Below are positions 48,765-60,959 of a stretch of DNA of 64,000 nucleotides, piece after piece (position 1 is the stretch's first letter; the number at the start of each line of letters is the position of its first letter). The DNA lies in assembly GCF_000372725.1 (NCBI RefSeq), contig NW_005201360.1, positions 208,881 through 272,880 on the forward strand, read 5' to 3'. The notes under the pieces were generated by a model. It did not search any database, had not been told where the DNA came from, and saw only the letters and a list, made by a program, of their open reading frames with translations. The DNA is from Emiliania huxleyi CCMP1516 (taxonomy: Eukaryota). The position numbers and the translations under genes were made by a program.

Positions 48765-50004
48765 CTAGTCCTCGGCCGCGACAAAGTCGAGTTGCTCCTC
48801 TGCCGAGTAGCCGAATCGCTGCTTGTGCCGCTCGAAGAGGTCGAGCACCGCCGCCATGTACTGCTCGTGCACCTGCTGCACGTACTGGTCGTCGCAATCT
48901 GGGTCGTGCCGGATCGACATCGGCGCACCCCACACGTAGCCGAGAGATATGGGCGTGCCATCCGCCTGTGCGACCTTGCCAACGAAGCTCCACCATCGGC
49001 CAGCGAGGGCGCACCCCGCCAACTTGAAGCGCCGGTGCAGAAAGGCGCGCAGCGACGCCGGCAGCAGGACGATGTCGTGCACCCACTTCTCGCCTACCGG
49101 CACGCTCCAGGAAGGCTGCGCGGGAGCGTTCCCTTCAGGGCGATGCGCCCAGCATCTCGCCAAAGCAGAAGCCCGGCACTAGCTGCAAGCCGTGACGGAT
49201 GGCGAGCTTGACGAAACCCTTGCGCCCGAGCAGCACCAGCTTCGTGGTGGTGGAGTGGCCGTCGGTGAGCATGAGCTCTCGCGTACCGCCGGGGATGAGC
49301 ATGACGCTCTCGCCTGCGGGAGGGCTCGAAGACGGCTCGGGGAGCGGCTCACTGCTGCCGCGGCTACTCGCTAAGTGCTCGCCACGCGCGATCGCCCGCT
49401 CGAGGACGGGGCGCGACGCGTCGAGGCATCCTAAAGCGGCGGAGGCGGCCGTGAGAAACAACGCGGCGGGCCTGCCCGTGCCACGCGAGGCAAGACCGGA
49501 GCAGAGGCTGAACTCGCGCACGCCGGGAATAAAGAAGGCGCCGCCGAACGACCCCCAACGCGGCCGAATATCTCCGTACATCTGCCTCCAAAGAGAGCCG
49601 CCCGAGAAGGCGCGGCAGACGCCGAAGATGCCGTGCGGAGACATGGCGAACAGGTACCGCCCCTTTGGGTCGAGCGGCGGCCCCTCTCGTATGCACGTTG
49701 CGTTGTAGTAGCCGAGCACGAGGTCGACAACGCCGCTGTAGAGGAACCACGCAAATGGCCATCCCGTGGAGTTTTGTGGCCGATAAACGACAATTTGACC
49801 GAGGTATGCGAGCACGAGCACAGCCGCCGAAGAAGCTGAGAGCGCCCCGAGCTGCACGAGGCTCCAAACAGCCAACAGCGCCACGAGCCAGAAGCAAAAG
49901 TAGCTGGAGAACCAGAGTGCCGCAATGATCTGCAGCACGCCCACAGGATGCCAGATCGGCCTTCGGCGGCGATGGAGCACCAGATTTTTGGCGTCGGCCG
50001 CCAT
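48765..50004 (-). CDS. DGAT2: Diacylglycerol O-acyltransferase type 2 / MOGAT family, multi-exon
   Basis: YLFAMSPHGIF, FFIPGVREF, ESVMLIPGGTRE, RKGFVKLAIRHGLQLVPGFCFGE, VHEQYMAAVLDLFERHK. Confidence 0.9.
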
Positions 50005-50284
50005 ATCAGATATGCCACTTTCGCAAGTTGTTTGTCGATATTAGGCGGATCCGGTGGTGAGCCGGTGTGTGTGCCAGTCCGCGCCAGTCTGCGCCCTTAT
50101 CGTTCGTGCAGTGTGCTGTGAGACCGGCGAAGATTCAGAATCTGACTGGCCCGCGTTCGATGAAAATAAAAATTATTGGAAAACGAAGAGAGCAAAGGAC
50201 GAGGACGGTGAAAGGTGCCCGCCGCGGCTCACCGCGCGCGTGGGTCGCTTTTGCAGCCACCCACCGCTTTCCCCTGCCGCAAGG

Positions 50285-52147
50285 ATGGCAGTCGACCAGC
50301 CCGTGCGCCTTGCTCTTCTCGCGCTGCACCTTGCCGTCGCGGGCGGCATGCAGCTGGTCGCCGACCGGACGACGGGCGGTCGGCGGCGGCCCGCCCATGT
50401 GCTGCCTCTGAACCTCTCGTCCTCACTTCCGGCTGCGCTGCAGATTGCGAGTGGTGGAAGGAGAAGGGACGTGATCGTCCTCTTCACAGCCGTGTTCCCG
50501 GACAAGCAGTCCACAACGCAGGTCAGCATGGGCGGTGACACCATCTCCTTCCTCCGCGCCGCCATGAGCTCCATGAGGCGCTTTGGGCACAGCGGGCAGT
50601 TGGTGCTCACCGAGCAGGAGCACGCCTCGCGGCTCTGCGGCCTGGCTGCGGCGCCGGTGTGCGGCTTTCTGTCGCCCGTCACGCCAGACGCCGCGTGGGG
50701 CCGGTACAAGGTCTCGCGCAGCCATTACTACGTGCTCTTCCTGCAGCGATGGCGCCCGCCACTTCCGCCGGCGCCTTCGTCCAGCGCGGCGTGTGCGAAG
50801 TGGACAATTCTGATCGTAGGCGGCTGCTCAGCAGGGCGCTGCACCTCGGCTACGACATGCTCTCGGTCGACACCGACATCATCTGGACCGGCGACCCGTA
50901 CCCTAGCGCCGCCTCGCTACCCCTGGACGCGGCCTTTGCCACTGACGTGGCGCCGCCAATGGGCAAGGCGAACGACCGGGACCGGGCGGTGATCGGCGAG
51001 TCGACGACGTCGCACCTGCCGCTCAACTCGGGCTTCATGCTCGCGCGGCCCGAGGCGCAGCGCCTCTTTGCAGAGGTTGCTCGCCGGCTGCGCCACCGCC
51101 TCTTGCAGCCACCGAACAGGACGGTGACAGACGCTCCCCTGCCGCCCCTCTGCCCACCTCTCCTCTCCTCACCGCTCCCTCTCGCTTTCCCCACCTCTTC
51201 CGCTTTCCCCGGCTCTGCCGCGCTCTCCCCCGCTGCCGCTCTCTCTCTCTCTCTTCTCTCTCTCTCCACCTCTCCACTGCTCCACTCGCTTGCCGCCTCG
51301 CTCACCACTGACCTCACCGCCGCCTCTCCCTTCCTCCCCTCCGTGTGGCAGGTCGCGTCGGGCCGGGCTCGCGAGGAGCCTGTGCTGCACCAGGTCTTCC
51401 CGCAGATGGTGCTCAACGAGGTGAGCCCCGGACAGCGCACCCTCTGCGCACCCTCCTCTGCGCGCCCATGCCGTCGCGCGGGCGGGCAAGGGGAAAGGCC
51501 CAGCGCGGACTCCTTCGCATTCGAGACCCCGCGTCCCTCGTGCCAACCGCAGGTAGTGAAGCAGTGGAGGAGCACGCCCTGGAGCATTCACAGCGGGGCG
51601 GGCAGTGTCGGCGACGCCGCTGCTGTAGCCGGCACGGCAAGCGCCAGCGCGAAGCTCGGCACGCTCCGGATCGGCGTGCTGCCTCACAGCACGGTTGGGC
51701 GGCTGTGTGGCAAGAGGCGGCTGCCTGTCGTCTCTCCCACGCCCTGGCGGCGCCCTCCTCACCGTGGCACCCCGCCCGCGTAGGCTGTCGCGAGCCGAGG
51801 CGGACCTCATGTGGCAGAGCGCCGCGGTCGGGAACTGCTCGCTCGCAGCCTCCCAGCTGGGCCTCCACGCGCAGATGGTCAACCCGCTGACCCGGCGCGC
51901 TCTGTGGCCGCTCCTGCATCCGGTGGTGCGAGCTCAGGCGCGCGACTCGGGCCAGGAGGCTTTGGGCGGCGCGCATGGCGCCGCTGCCTCGCCGTCGGTG
52001 GTGGTCAGCTCCGCGCTCACGCCGCACGTCTGCTTGTGCCGCGACCCCGAGCAAGGGATGGGCAGCGGCTGCCGCACGCTCATGCCGCAGCACTCGTACC
52101 GCACCGGGGTGAAGAGGTGCAAGGGGTTCGCGCCGGGCTTCCGGTAA
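50285..52147 (+). CDS. Nucleotide-diphospho-sugar transferase (GT77-like), multi-exon
   Basis: N-terminal anchor LALLALHLAVAGG; RALHLGYDMLSVDTDIIWTGDPY (DxD); LNSGFML. 3' end uncertain. Confidence 0.65.
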
Positions 52148-52529
52148 ATTGCTTCGACGCCAAGCGTGTGCGGGTCGCAGCGTTGATTTTTTTTGAAGAA
52201 ACAGACACCTGGGGGAAAAGGCACACAGGCCGCCACCATACACGCGTTTTCACACTGGAATTTAATTAGTTTTTCTCGCGACCTTGATCCTTTGTGTGGC
52301 GGCGGCACGGCGGCATCGCTCTCACCTAAAACGCGCAAACGATCGTCTCCGCTCTCTCAGACGACGCGGCACACTCTGTGCTCCTGGGGCATCGATGGTA
52401 TAAAAGAGTGTGACGGCGGATGTGATGTAAGGACCTGGTCCAGTAGTAGGGCGTGGGAGGGGCTGGTGAGTAGCCACCCTAAACTTACTAGCAGGCCAAA
52501 AGTCTGAGGGAGGGTCGGTATAGGGTCGG

Positions 52530-52715
52530 CGTAGAGCGGGATGTAGACGGTGTGTACCGTGTAGAGAGCCTCTCTAGAGCGCTGTCGAGAGCTGTAGAGC
52601 TGTAGAGCGCTGTAGACGGCGCTGTAGAGCTCTACATCCGGCGCGTGGCGGACCGCCATAGATCTGATGTAGGAGCGCTGTAGAGGCCCTCTTACAGCGT
52701 GAAACCTCTACAGCA
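52530..52715. repeat. CTGTAGAG/CTCTACAG motif-rich repeat with convergent motif arrays
   Basis: gctgtagagctgtagagcgctgtagac...gctgtagagctctaca...ctctacagc. Confidence 0.65.
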
Positions 52716-52735
52716 AACCGCTCTCGACATAAACG

Positions 52736-53069
52736 AAGCGGCGAACGAGGCACGGTCGCTCTCCCAAATGAGGCGCCTTGCGCTTTGTTTCCAGTGCTGC
52801 CCTGGCCTTCTCGTTGCCCGCCCAATGGGTGGCAGGTGCCTCTGCTGCAGTGGCATGCCTCACGCGTCACGGCTGCGACTGGCCGGCGCCCGCTCGGCGC
52901 GTCAGCTCGGCTCGGCGTAGTGATAGTGGCCAGCGCAACTCGCCTGGACTCAACGCTCAGCCAGGAGCTCCCGCACGCGCTGGCGCGAGTCATGGCGCAT
53001 GCAACGCGTCTGAATGCTCGCCTCGCCTCGCGCAAATGCGACCGTCCTCGCAGCCGACAGTCCACCGCC
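52736..53069 (+). repeat. Dispersed ~330-bp repeat, copy 2
   Basis: Matches 35409-35728. Confidence 0.9.
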
Positions 53070-53392
53070 CGCCGGCCTCACCTCCATCGGCGACGGCGCC
53101 TTCCGCGGCTGCTCTGCCCTCGCCCGCGTCACCGTGCCAACCACTACCACCGTCGGCAACAACGCCTTCCCCTCCACCGACGCCGTTCTCCGCCTCCCGC
53201 CCGCAAAGCATGCGCTGGTACGAGGCGGTGGATGGGGCTCTGGCCTGCAAGCGCTGCTGCCCCCTCCTCTACGGCTGGCTGGAGCGGGCCCAGATCAGGC
53301 TCGGCTCGTACGGCCCGGACGGTGCGGCGCGCCAGCGCGACCGCGAGGAGTTCGAGGGCGACTTTGCAGACCCTACGCTCCATGCAGACTGA
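53070..53392 (+). pseudogene. 5'-truncated BspA-type (LRR_5) leucine-rich-repeat gene remnant with frameshift
   Basis: PAGLTSIGDGAFRGCSALARVTVPTTTTVGNNAFP then, in another frame, RWYEAVDGALACKRCCPLLYGWLERAQ...; no start codon. Confidence 0.75.
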
Positions 53393-53562
53393 CGTGATTG
53401 AAATCGCTGTGAGTAGCTGAGTGGTGTGAGAGTGCACTCTCCGTTTGTGTCGTTGTCGTTCTGTCGCCTGACTGATCAATTATGAAAGAAACGGAGGATG
53501 GGGCTCCTGTGTCGTCCAGGCCACGAATTCTTTTTACGTGGCTCTGGCCCTGTCGCGCTGCC

Positions 53563-56500
53563 ATGCCCATCACTGCCAGCTCGGGCTCCGCCGCCTTCGC
53601 CAAAGCGCGTCCCGACCTGGACGGCCTCATCAAGCGCCGCTTCTTTTACCGGCAGGCCTTCGAGATCTACGGCGGCGTCGCCGGCTTCTACACGTACGGC
53701 CCGCCCGGTGCGGCGGTCAAGCAGAACCTGCTCGCGCTGTGGCGGAAGCACTTTGTGATCGAGGAGAACCTGATGGAGGTGGACGACACCAACATCATGC
53801 CGCACGACGTCCTCTTCGCCTCGGGCCACGTCGAGCGCTTCAATGACTTTATCGTCAAGGACTCGTCCGACGCCAACCGCTTCTGGCGTGCTGACAAGCT
53901 GCTCGAGGAGGTGATGGAGGCGAAGATGGCAGACAAGGCGTGCACGCCGGAGCAGAAGGTGGAGTATCAAAAGGTGCACGCCCAGGCCGACGCCTACTCC
54001 GCCGAGCAGCTCTCTCAAGTCTTTGCCCAGTACGGCATCAAGGCGCGAGGCACCGCCGCCCGCTCTCCTCCACCGCCGCACCCTCTGCCCGCACAGTCAC
54101 ACCGCCACGTCTTCGCACCCTCTGCCCTCCACTGTCGCCGCGCCCATCCTCACTGCCACCGCCCTCGCCGCCGCCCTCGCCGCCGCCGCCCTCGCCGCCG
54201 CCTCCCACGCCGCCGCCCTCCCTCGCCGCCGCCTCTGCAGGCGCCCGAGAGCGGCGCCGAGCTGACGCCGCCCGAGGAGTTCAACTTGATGTTCGCGACG
54301 CCCATCGGCCCGTCGGGGATGATCCAGGGCTACCTCCGCCCAGAGACGGCGCAGGGCATCTTTCTCAACTTCAAGTTTTGCCTCGAGCAAAACAACTACG
54401 CGATGCCGTTCGGGATCGCGCAGGTCGGCAAGGCGTTCCGCAACGAGATCGCGCCGCGCTCGGGCCTCATCCGGCAGCGCGAGTTCACGCAGGCCGAGAT
54501 CGAGTACTTTGTCCACCCGCAAAAGAAGGCGCACCCAAAGTTCGCCGCCGTCGGCTCCCTCCAGCTCGAGCTGCTCCCGTCGCCCCAGCAGCTCGCAGCG
54601 CAGCCGGCGGTGCGCATGAGCCTCGCCGAAGCCGTCGCCGCCGGCACCGTCGCCAACGAGACGCTCGGCTTCTTCATCGGGCGCACGTACCAGTTCCTGG
54701 TCCGCGCGGGGTGCAAGGCGGAGCACATACGCTTCCGGCAGCACCTCCCAGACGAGATGGCGCACTACGCGTGCGACTGCTGGGACGCCGAGATCGAGAT
54801 GTCCCTCGGCTGGGTCGAGTGCGTCGGTGGTTGAGACCCGAGATTAGCCGAGATTAGCCGAGATTAGCCGAGATCGAGATGTCCGTCGGCTGGGTCGAGT
54901 GCGTCGGCACTCGTGCCCGACTGGTCCGCGTGCGTGCGCGCGCCGTGGTCAGCCGAGATGAGCCGAGGTGCGGCGAGACTAGGCATCGCCGACCGGTCGG
55001 CGTACGACCTGACCGTGCACGCCAAGGCGACGAACACCCCGCTCATCGCCGAGGAACCTTTCGAGGTGCCGGTCAAGGTTGAGCGGTACGGGCTGAGCAA
55101 GAAGGCTGCGGCCGCTAGATGCGGGACCTCTCCCCAGATCCTCCCCAGATGCTCCCCAGATGCTCCCCAGATGCTCCCCAGATGCTCCCCAGATGCTCCC
55201 CAGATGCTCCCCAGATGCTCCCCAGATCCTCCCCAGATGCTCCCCAGATGCTCCCCAGATCTCCCCAGATGCTCCCCAGATGCTCCCCAGATGCTCCCCA
55301 GATGCTCCCCAGATGCTCCCCAGATGCTCCCCAGATGCTCCCCAGATGCTCCCCAGATCTCCCCAGATCTCCCCGTATCTCGAGGCCTAGATGCGGGGAT
55401 GCAGAGGCCTGTACCTGCACTCCGACTAGCGCTCGAGAAGAAAGACACACCGTCCGTGTGCAGCTGTCTTCGTAGCCCTCGCGGTGACGCGGTGCTCCGA
55501 AGACACACTGCTCGACTCCGCCTCCTCCCCTACCCCTGGCGCACTCCTGACGCAGGCGGCGGCAGCACTCGGCAAGTCCTTCAAGAAAGACGCCAAGCGG
55601 GTGACGGGCAAGCTGGATGAGATGTCAGCCGAGGAGCTCAAGGCGCTCAAGGCGACGGCGGAGGCGGAGGGCAAGGCGCCGCGCGCACGCTCACACACAG
55701 ACCCAGCAGCGGAGCCCCCCCCCCCCCCCCCTCAACACACACGGCCGACGGCGGGGGGGGAGAGGCGCGTGGTCGGCGACGGTGGAGAGTCTCCCCACTG
55801 CGCGGCCTCCCTCGCCTGCAGGCGTCGCTGACGGTGAGCGACTGCGGCGGCAGCGACACTTTCGAGATCGCCAACGAGCTGCTCGTCTTCGAGGCGACGA
55901 GCGGAATTGCCCGACAGCCGAGAGGACAGCCGAGAGGACAGCCGAGACCAGCCCCGGGCCCTCGCCCCCCTCGGGCGTGTGGAGTAGCCCAGCTCCCTTC
56001 CCCCTCCCGCCAGGCGACAACCACGATCATGCACGTCGAGAAGTACACGCCCAACGTGATCGAGCCCTCCTTCGGCATCGACCGCATCCTGACCGCCATC
56101 TACGAGCACACCTACTCGGTGCGCGCAAAGGAGGGCGACGCGCCCGAGGAGCCGCCGCCCAAGAAGGGCGACAAGAAGGACAGCGCGACAGACGCCAAGC
56201 CGGGCGTGCTCGCGTTCCCGCCCGAGGTTGCTAACCCTACACCTTAGCCCCCGCCCCAACCCTAACCCTAACCGTGCTCGCCTTCCGCCCGAGTTTGCGC
56301 CGTACAAGTGCAAATCTCCCCCGATCTCCCCCTACCTCCCCCTATCTCCCTCCCTTAGGTTGCGCCGTACAAGTGCGTCGTGCTGCCGCTCGACATGCGG
56401 ATTGTCCGCGAGTGCGAGTACGCCGGTATGCGCGACGCGCTGCGCGCCACCCTGTCCGAGCAGGGGCTGCAGTACAAGGCTGGACGGGCCGGCGCGCCTC

Positions 56501-57080
56501 TTCCTTCCTGAGTGAGCGGGTGACTACCTTGTGCTCATGTGCAATAGGTGGACGAGTCGGGCGCGTCAATCGGCAAGCGGTACGCGCGCTCCGACGAGCT
56601 CGGCATCCCGTTTGCAATCACGATCGACGAGGACTGCCTCAAGCAGTTTAAAGCGGACGCCGCGAGCGCCACGGCCACGCTGCGCGAGCGCGACTCGACG
56701 CGGCAGGTTGGCGGGTAGCACTCTTCTCAACGCCGCTCCCGCCCGTCTCACCGGGCGTGGATGGAGATGCGAGGGGAGTGCGCCCCTGTCCCTCTTTAGC
56801 GCGCGGCCGGGGGGGGGGGGTTGCCTGACGCTGCCCGGCACCCCAGGTGCGGCTGCCGCTCTCGACGATCGCGCAGACGGTCGCCCAGCTCTGCTCGGCC
56901 AGCACGCTCACGTGGGACGAGCTCGATGCGGACTTTGCCGGCACGGGCGCGGACCCGAAGGTCGCGTACCTGAAACAGATGGGCGTGGAGGAGGCGCTCA
57001 GCGCCGCCGTGACTGCGCTCGCCAAGGAGAAGCCGGCCGACCCGATGAAGTGGCTGTCGGCACGGTTCGCCGCTCTGTGA
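53563..57080 (+). CDS. GARS: Glycyl-tRNA synthetase (eukaryotic homodimeric type) with C-terminal Dpy-30/RIIa-like motif, multi-exon
   Basis: [91 protein letters not shown]; tail [31 protein letters not shown]. Confidence 0.95.
55130..55375. repeat. 11-bp tandem repeat (ccccagatgct)n in GlyRS intron
   Basis: Directly visible, ~20 units. Confidence 0.95.
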
Positions 57081-59247
57081 GTGAGTGGGGGCACAGAGAG
57101 CGGAGAGAGGAGCGCGCGTCAGGCGCGGGTCGCGGGACGTGCCCCCGAACTTTGAGGGCGCGCCCATTGTGCGCGGCAGCGCGAGCGAGGTTGTGGCTTG
57201 TGCGGCTGGGCGGCGGGCGGGGGCCGCCTGGGGAGAGGCGATCGCGAGGGTACCTTTACGTCAGACGTCACGTCCTCACGTCCTCACGTGCGCACAGTGC
57301 GTCTTGCTCTCTTGCTAAGTTTAAACTTTCTTATTATTCCCGCATCGGGGGTGGGGGTGGGGGGCGAAGTGTGTGCGCGTCCCTCGTTCCACGGCGGCCT
57401 CCGGCTTCCCCCCCCCCGCCCGCTGCTGAGCAGGTGTGTGTGGAGGCGCATAAACTGGTTGCCGCACAGTAAGACCCGATGCGCTTCCAGCAGCGACGGC
57501 ATCAGCCGCTCTGCCACGTCGATGCCGATGTTGAGCTCACGATCCCTCTGCCTGGTGGTGTGCTGGGCAGCGGATTCTCGACCGAGACGGTGCGCCTGAG
57601 CTCTGCGCGATGGGTGGGCTGGCTTCCACGAACAGCGCCGCTCCCCAAACATGACGTCGGACGAGCCTTGCGAGCGGGTCATGCCGTCTGCGGCGAAGTA
57701 GTGAGCGCCGATGACGACCAGCAGGCCTGCTGCAGCAGTGCGCTGTGGTCCATGCTTCCAGAATGCGAGTCACGCTGGGCCGCTCGAGGAGATTCGAGGT
57801 CGAGATTCGAGGCCGCCTGCTGGTCCGTCGCCTGCCTCGCCCGGACGTACTCGCTCACGCGGGGTTCGAGCCGCCGCCGTCACCGACGCCGCTGCTGCCA
57901 CCGACGGGTGGCGGCGCTGTCGCATCCGTTCCAGTGGCGCCGCCCTGCTGCTGCTGCTGCTGCTCCTCCCGCGCGATGCGCTCTCGCTGCTTGCGCTCCT
58001 TCTGTCGAAGCCGCTTGCGCGCCTTCTTCTCCTCGAGCCGCAGCTCGTCCGCGAGCGTCTCGAGAGAAAGCTCGCCTGCGACAAGGCTCCAGGAACGCTC
58101 TGAGAGGCCATGACAGGGTGAGCGTGTGCGAGTGGCGTGGCATGGTGATGGGATGGGAACAGCTCACCGCTGCCGCCGGCACCCATCTCCTCGAGCGCCG
58201 CTCGCCGCTCCGACTCGAGGTACGCCGCCCGTGCCTCGGCCTCGGCCTCCGCCGTCCTCTCCGCCTCTGCCTGCAGCCGCGTCTTCCCCGTCGGCACGAT
58301 CCCTCCGACGCCGCCCAGCTTCTCCGTCATGTCCCTGATGTGTTGCTGCGCCTCCTCGCGCATCCGGTCGGCGCGCTCGCCGCCGATTGCGGCGCCCGCA
58401 GCCACATGCCGGTCGGCGAGCTCGGTCGCGCGCGTGATCCGCCGTATCTCCTCCATCAGCTTTGGCACGTAAGTCGGCTGCACAGGGCCGCCGATACGCT
58501 CGAGCGAGCCAAAGGTGGGCTCGCAGCCGTCCGCCGTTGTGCGCATCGAGAAGCAGAAACGCGGCAGCGGGCCGCGCGCCTTCCTGATGCTCACAATCTC
58601 TCCGACGTCGCTCAGCTCGAGACGCCACAACCCTGGCCGGCTGAGGAACGGCGCGACCAGCCGCAGGTTCGCCATATGAATCCTTTCGCCAAGCTCTTGC
58701 TCGGCCGTGCGGCCGCTCATCGCTGCAGGAAGCGCGCGGTGGGAAGGGGTCAGCGCCGAGCCGCAGCGGACGTGTGTTTCTTTTTCTCGAAAGCTTGCGA
58801 AAGCGCTCGAAGGTCTCCTGACTCAGTCTGTAAAGTACCACAACCCATGGCTCTGTGCCCCGCTCGTCCCACCGTGTCCACCACGGCGCACGGGGTGATA
58901 TGGGCGGAGTCTGTTCCAAGCGCGTGTGCGCACACACACTCTCTCTCTCGCTCGCTCGCTCGCACGCGCGGCGTGCGCGAGCGGCCCTCCACGTGGGTGA
59001 GGCGGCGAGAATAGTCTCCTCTCCAGCGCTTGCCCTGCAACTGGCCGGGCGTGGGTGCTCCATCCTTCATGCCTTCGCCTTGGTTGGCCTCCTTCTTCTT
59101 CTCAAGGTCGAGGAGGATGCCGACGACTCTCTGCACAAGGCCCAACTCCTGGGCACGGGCAGTGGTTGTCAGTGCAATAAGGGTAGAACACCAGGCTAGG
59201 CGCGCGGTGCTGTCGCCTGCTCGCGAGAGTCGGGTCGGCTGCCAGCG

Positions 59248-60631
59248 GAGCGGCCGCTCACTGCTCGGTACCCCCCCTTGCACATCTAAAGCCATCCCTG
59301 CTGCTAGGGGGGGGTCTGACCCCCCCAGCAGCAGAGCGCTGCTGCTGGGGGGGGGGGTCCGGACCCCCCCAGCAGCAGAGCGCTGCTGCCGGGGGGGGGG
59401 GTCCCGACCCCCCCAGCAGCAGAGCGCACGGACCCAGCTCTCCCGCCTCTTCGCCGCCGCCCCACCCTCCACCCTCGGCTCGTGTTTGAGCGGTACGCTC
59501 GAGGCGGTTGTGTTCACCGCGCCTTCGAGCCCAATACACCTAGCAGCCCGACCGCCGCGAAGCGTGATGATAGCGAGAGGTGTACTCCGCGAGGTTGAGC
59601 GCTGCACGCGGTACTTGGCGGTGTCGCAGCGTCGAGCAACACTCGGTGTCAGAGCGTCGCGCCAAATCAGTAGTCTCATCACCGAGTGATTGCTGGCCTG
59701 TGGCGTATGACCTCACGCGGATATCACCAACGATGAGCATGCGAAGATAGGGAACAATATCTTGTACAGGCTGTGCTCCCAGGGCTGTGCCACGGCGTAT
59801 GCCGATGGGCTGCGAGAGCCGTATCTTCCCTCCTTGAGGCAGAGGCGCCGCGATGCACGAGAGGCGTAGAAGAGAGGCTGGCGTGCCCCGCACCTCCCGG
59901 TTGGCAGTAGGAGGGCCCGCCGGTGAGACCACTGATTTTGGTGCCGACCATAAATTATCGCCACTGGAACGCATGGGCATGCTACTTTTACAGCTGCTGT
60001 CTGTAGACTGTACAGAGATGCCAGCACCCCCCACAGGCAGAGCGCTCCTGCTGGGGGGGGGGGGTCCGGACCCCCCCAGCAGCAGAGTGCTGCTGCTGGG
60101 GGGGTAAGGATGTGTATAAATATTGAATATATTGCTCCAATACTTAGAGGCGCAGTCAATCTCCAATATATTGTCAATACTTAGAGGGGGTTGGCCCTGG
60201 TCTGGTCGGGGTGGACTCCGTTTCCAGCGATGGGAGGTCCATCCCGGGCTTGAGGACGCTCGAAAATCGCCTTAAATGGGCCAAAATCGCTTGAAAATCG
60301 CGATTCGCATCAAAATCGCTTTCTGCCATGCTTTCTACTCGCAAATCTTTCGATTTCAAGCCACCACATAGGCGATGTTTGGGTCAAATTTCAACATTTT
60401 ATGCTTTTTGAGGTAAAAATCAGCGATCAATACGTCAATATATTGTCAATACTTAGAGGGAAGGCTGTCAATATTCAATATCAATACTTAGAGGGGCGAG
60501 AATCAATATTTATACACATCCTTAGGGGGGGGGGGTCCCGACCCCCCCAGCAGCAGAGCGCTGCTGCTGGGGGGGGGGTCGGCCATGGCTTTAGATGTGC
60601 AGGGGGGGTACCGAGCAGTGAGCGGCCGCTC
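59248..60631. mobile_element. Foldback-like TIR element (~1.38 kb) with ~48-bp outer TIR plus arrays of ~40-bp double-palindrome units
   Basis: gagcggccgctcactgctcggtacccccccttgcacatctaaagccat (59248) vs reverse complement ending 60631; units ggggtccggacccccccagcagcagagcgctgctgctgg at 59300-59430, 60030-60104, 60525-60580. Confidence 0.85.
60105..60524. mobile_element. Nested AT-rich 420-bp MITE with 22-bp perfect inverted ends (TA-terminated)
   Basis: taaggatgtgtataaatattga (60105-60126) / tcaatatttatacacatcctta (60503-60524); four direct caatacttagagg motifs; sits in a G-run of the host element. Confidence 0.88.
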
Positions 60632-60959
60632 AGGAGCTTGGCCGCGGAGAAAGGCAAGCTGTTCGCCCTGCGCTCAGCACGCAGCCGCAGAACACGCTTG
60701 CGTGGCGTGTCATCCGTGCCTGGAATGACCGTGTCGTACTGGTATCGACGGCCATTCCAGAAGGCGGGGCAGTTTTCGATTGCCGAAGCTGCTGTCTGCA
60801 CGACCCGAGCCCCCGCGAGGTTCACAGCCTTGTTATTGAGAAGAAAGTACCTCCTATGGCGCTGTGCGCTGGTCTGTGAGAGGTTGAGGTGCGAGCCCTG
60901 GAGGCCCTGGGGATGGGGTGAGACTACCCGCGGGCCTAGAAGGCCCGCGCGCAGGGGGG

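Larger units (their letters stand above)
57855..60853 (-). pseudogene. Spliced hypothetical gene interrupted by the 59248-60631 element; 3' exons encode a coiled-coil, Glu/Arg-rich region
   Basis: Removing the element joins ...SAAKLLSGRS to AGSRPDSREQ, then a 68-nt GC-AG intron (59149-59216) and ELGLVQRVVGILLDLEKK; coding-like ORF 57770..58720 and last exon ending 57855. Middle exon phases unresolved. Confidence 0.45.

Noticed and set aside
59300..59430. ~40-bp palindromic repeats resembling a CRISPR array
   Set aside because: Units are contiguous with no unique spacers, no cas genes are present, the context is eukaryotic, and they are explained as arms of a TIR element.
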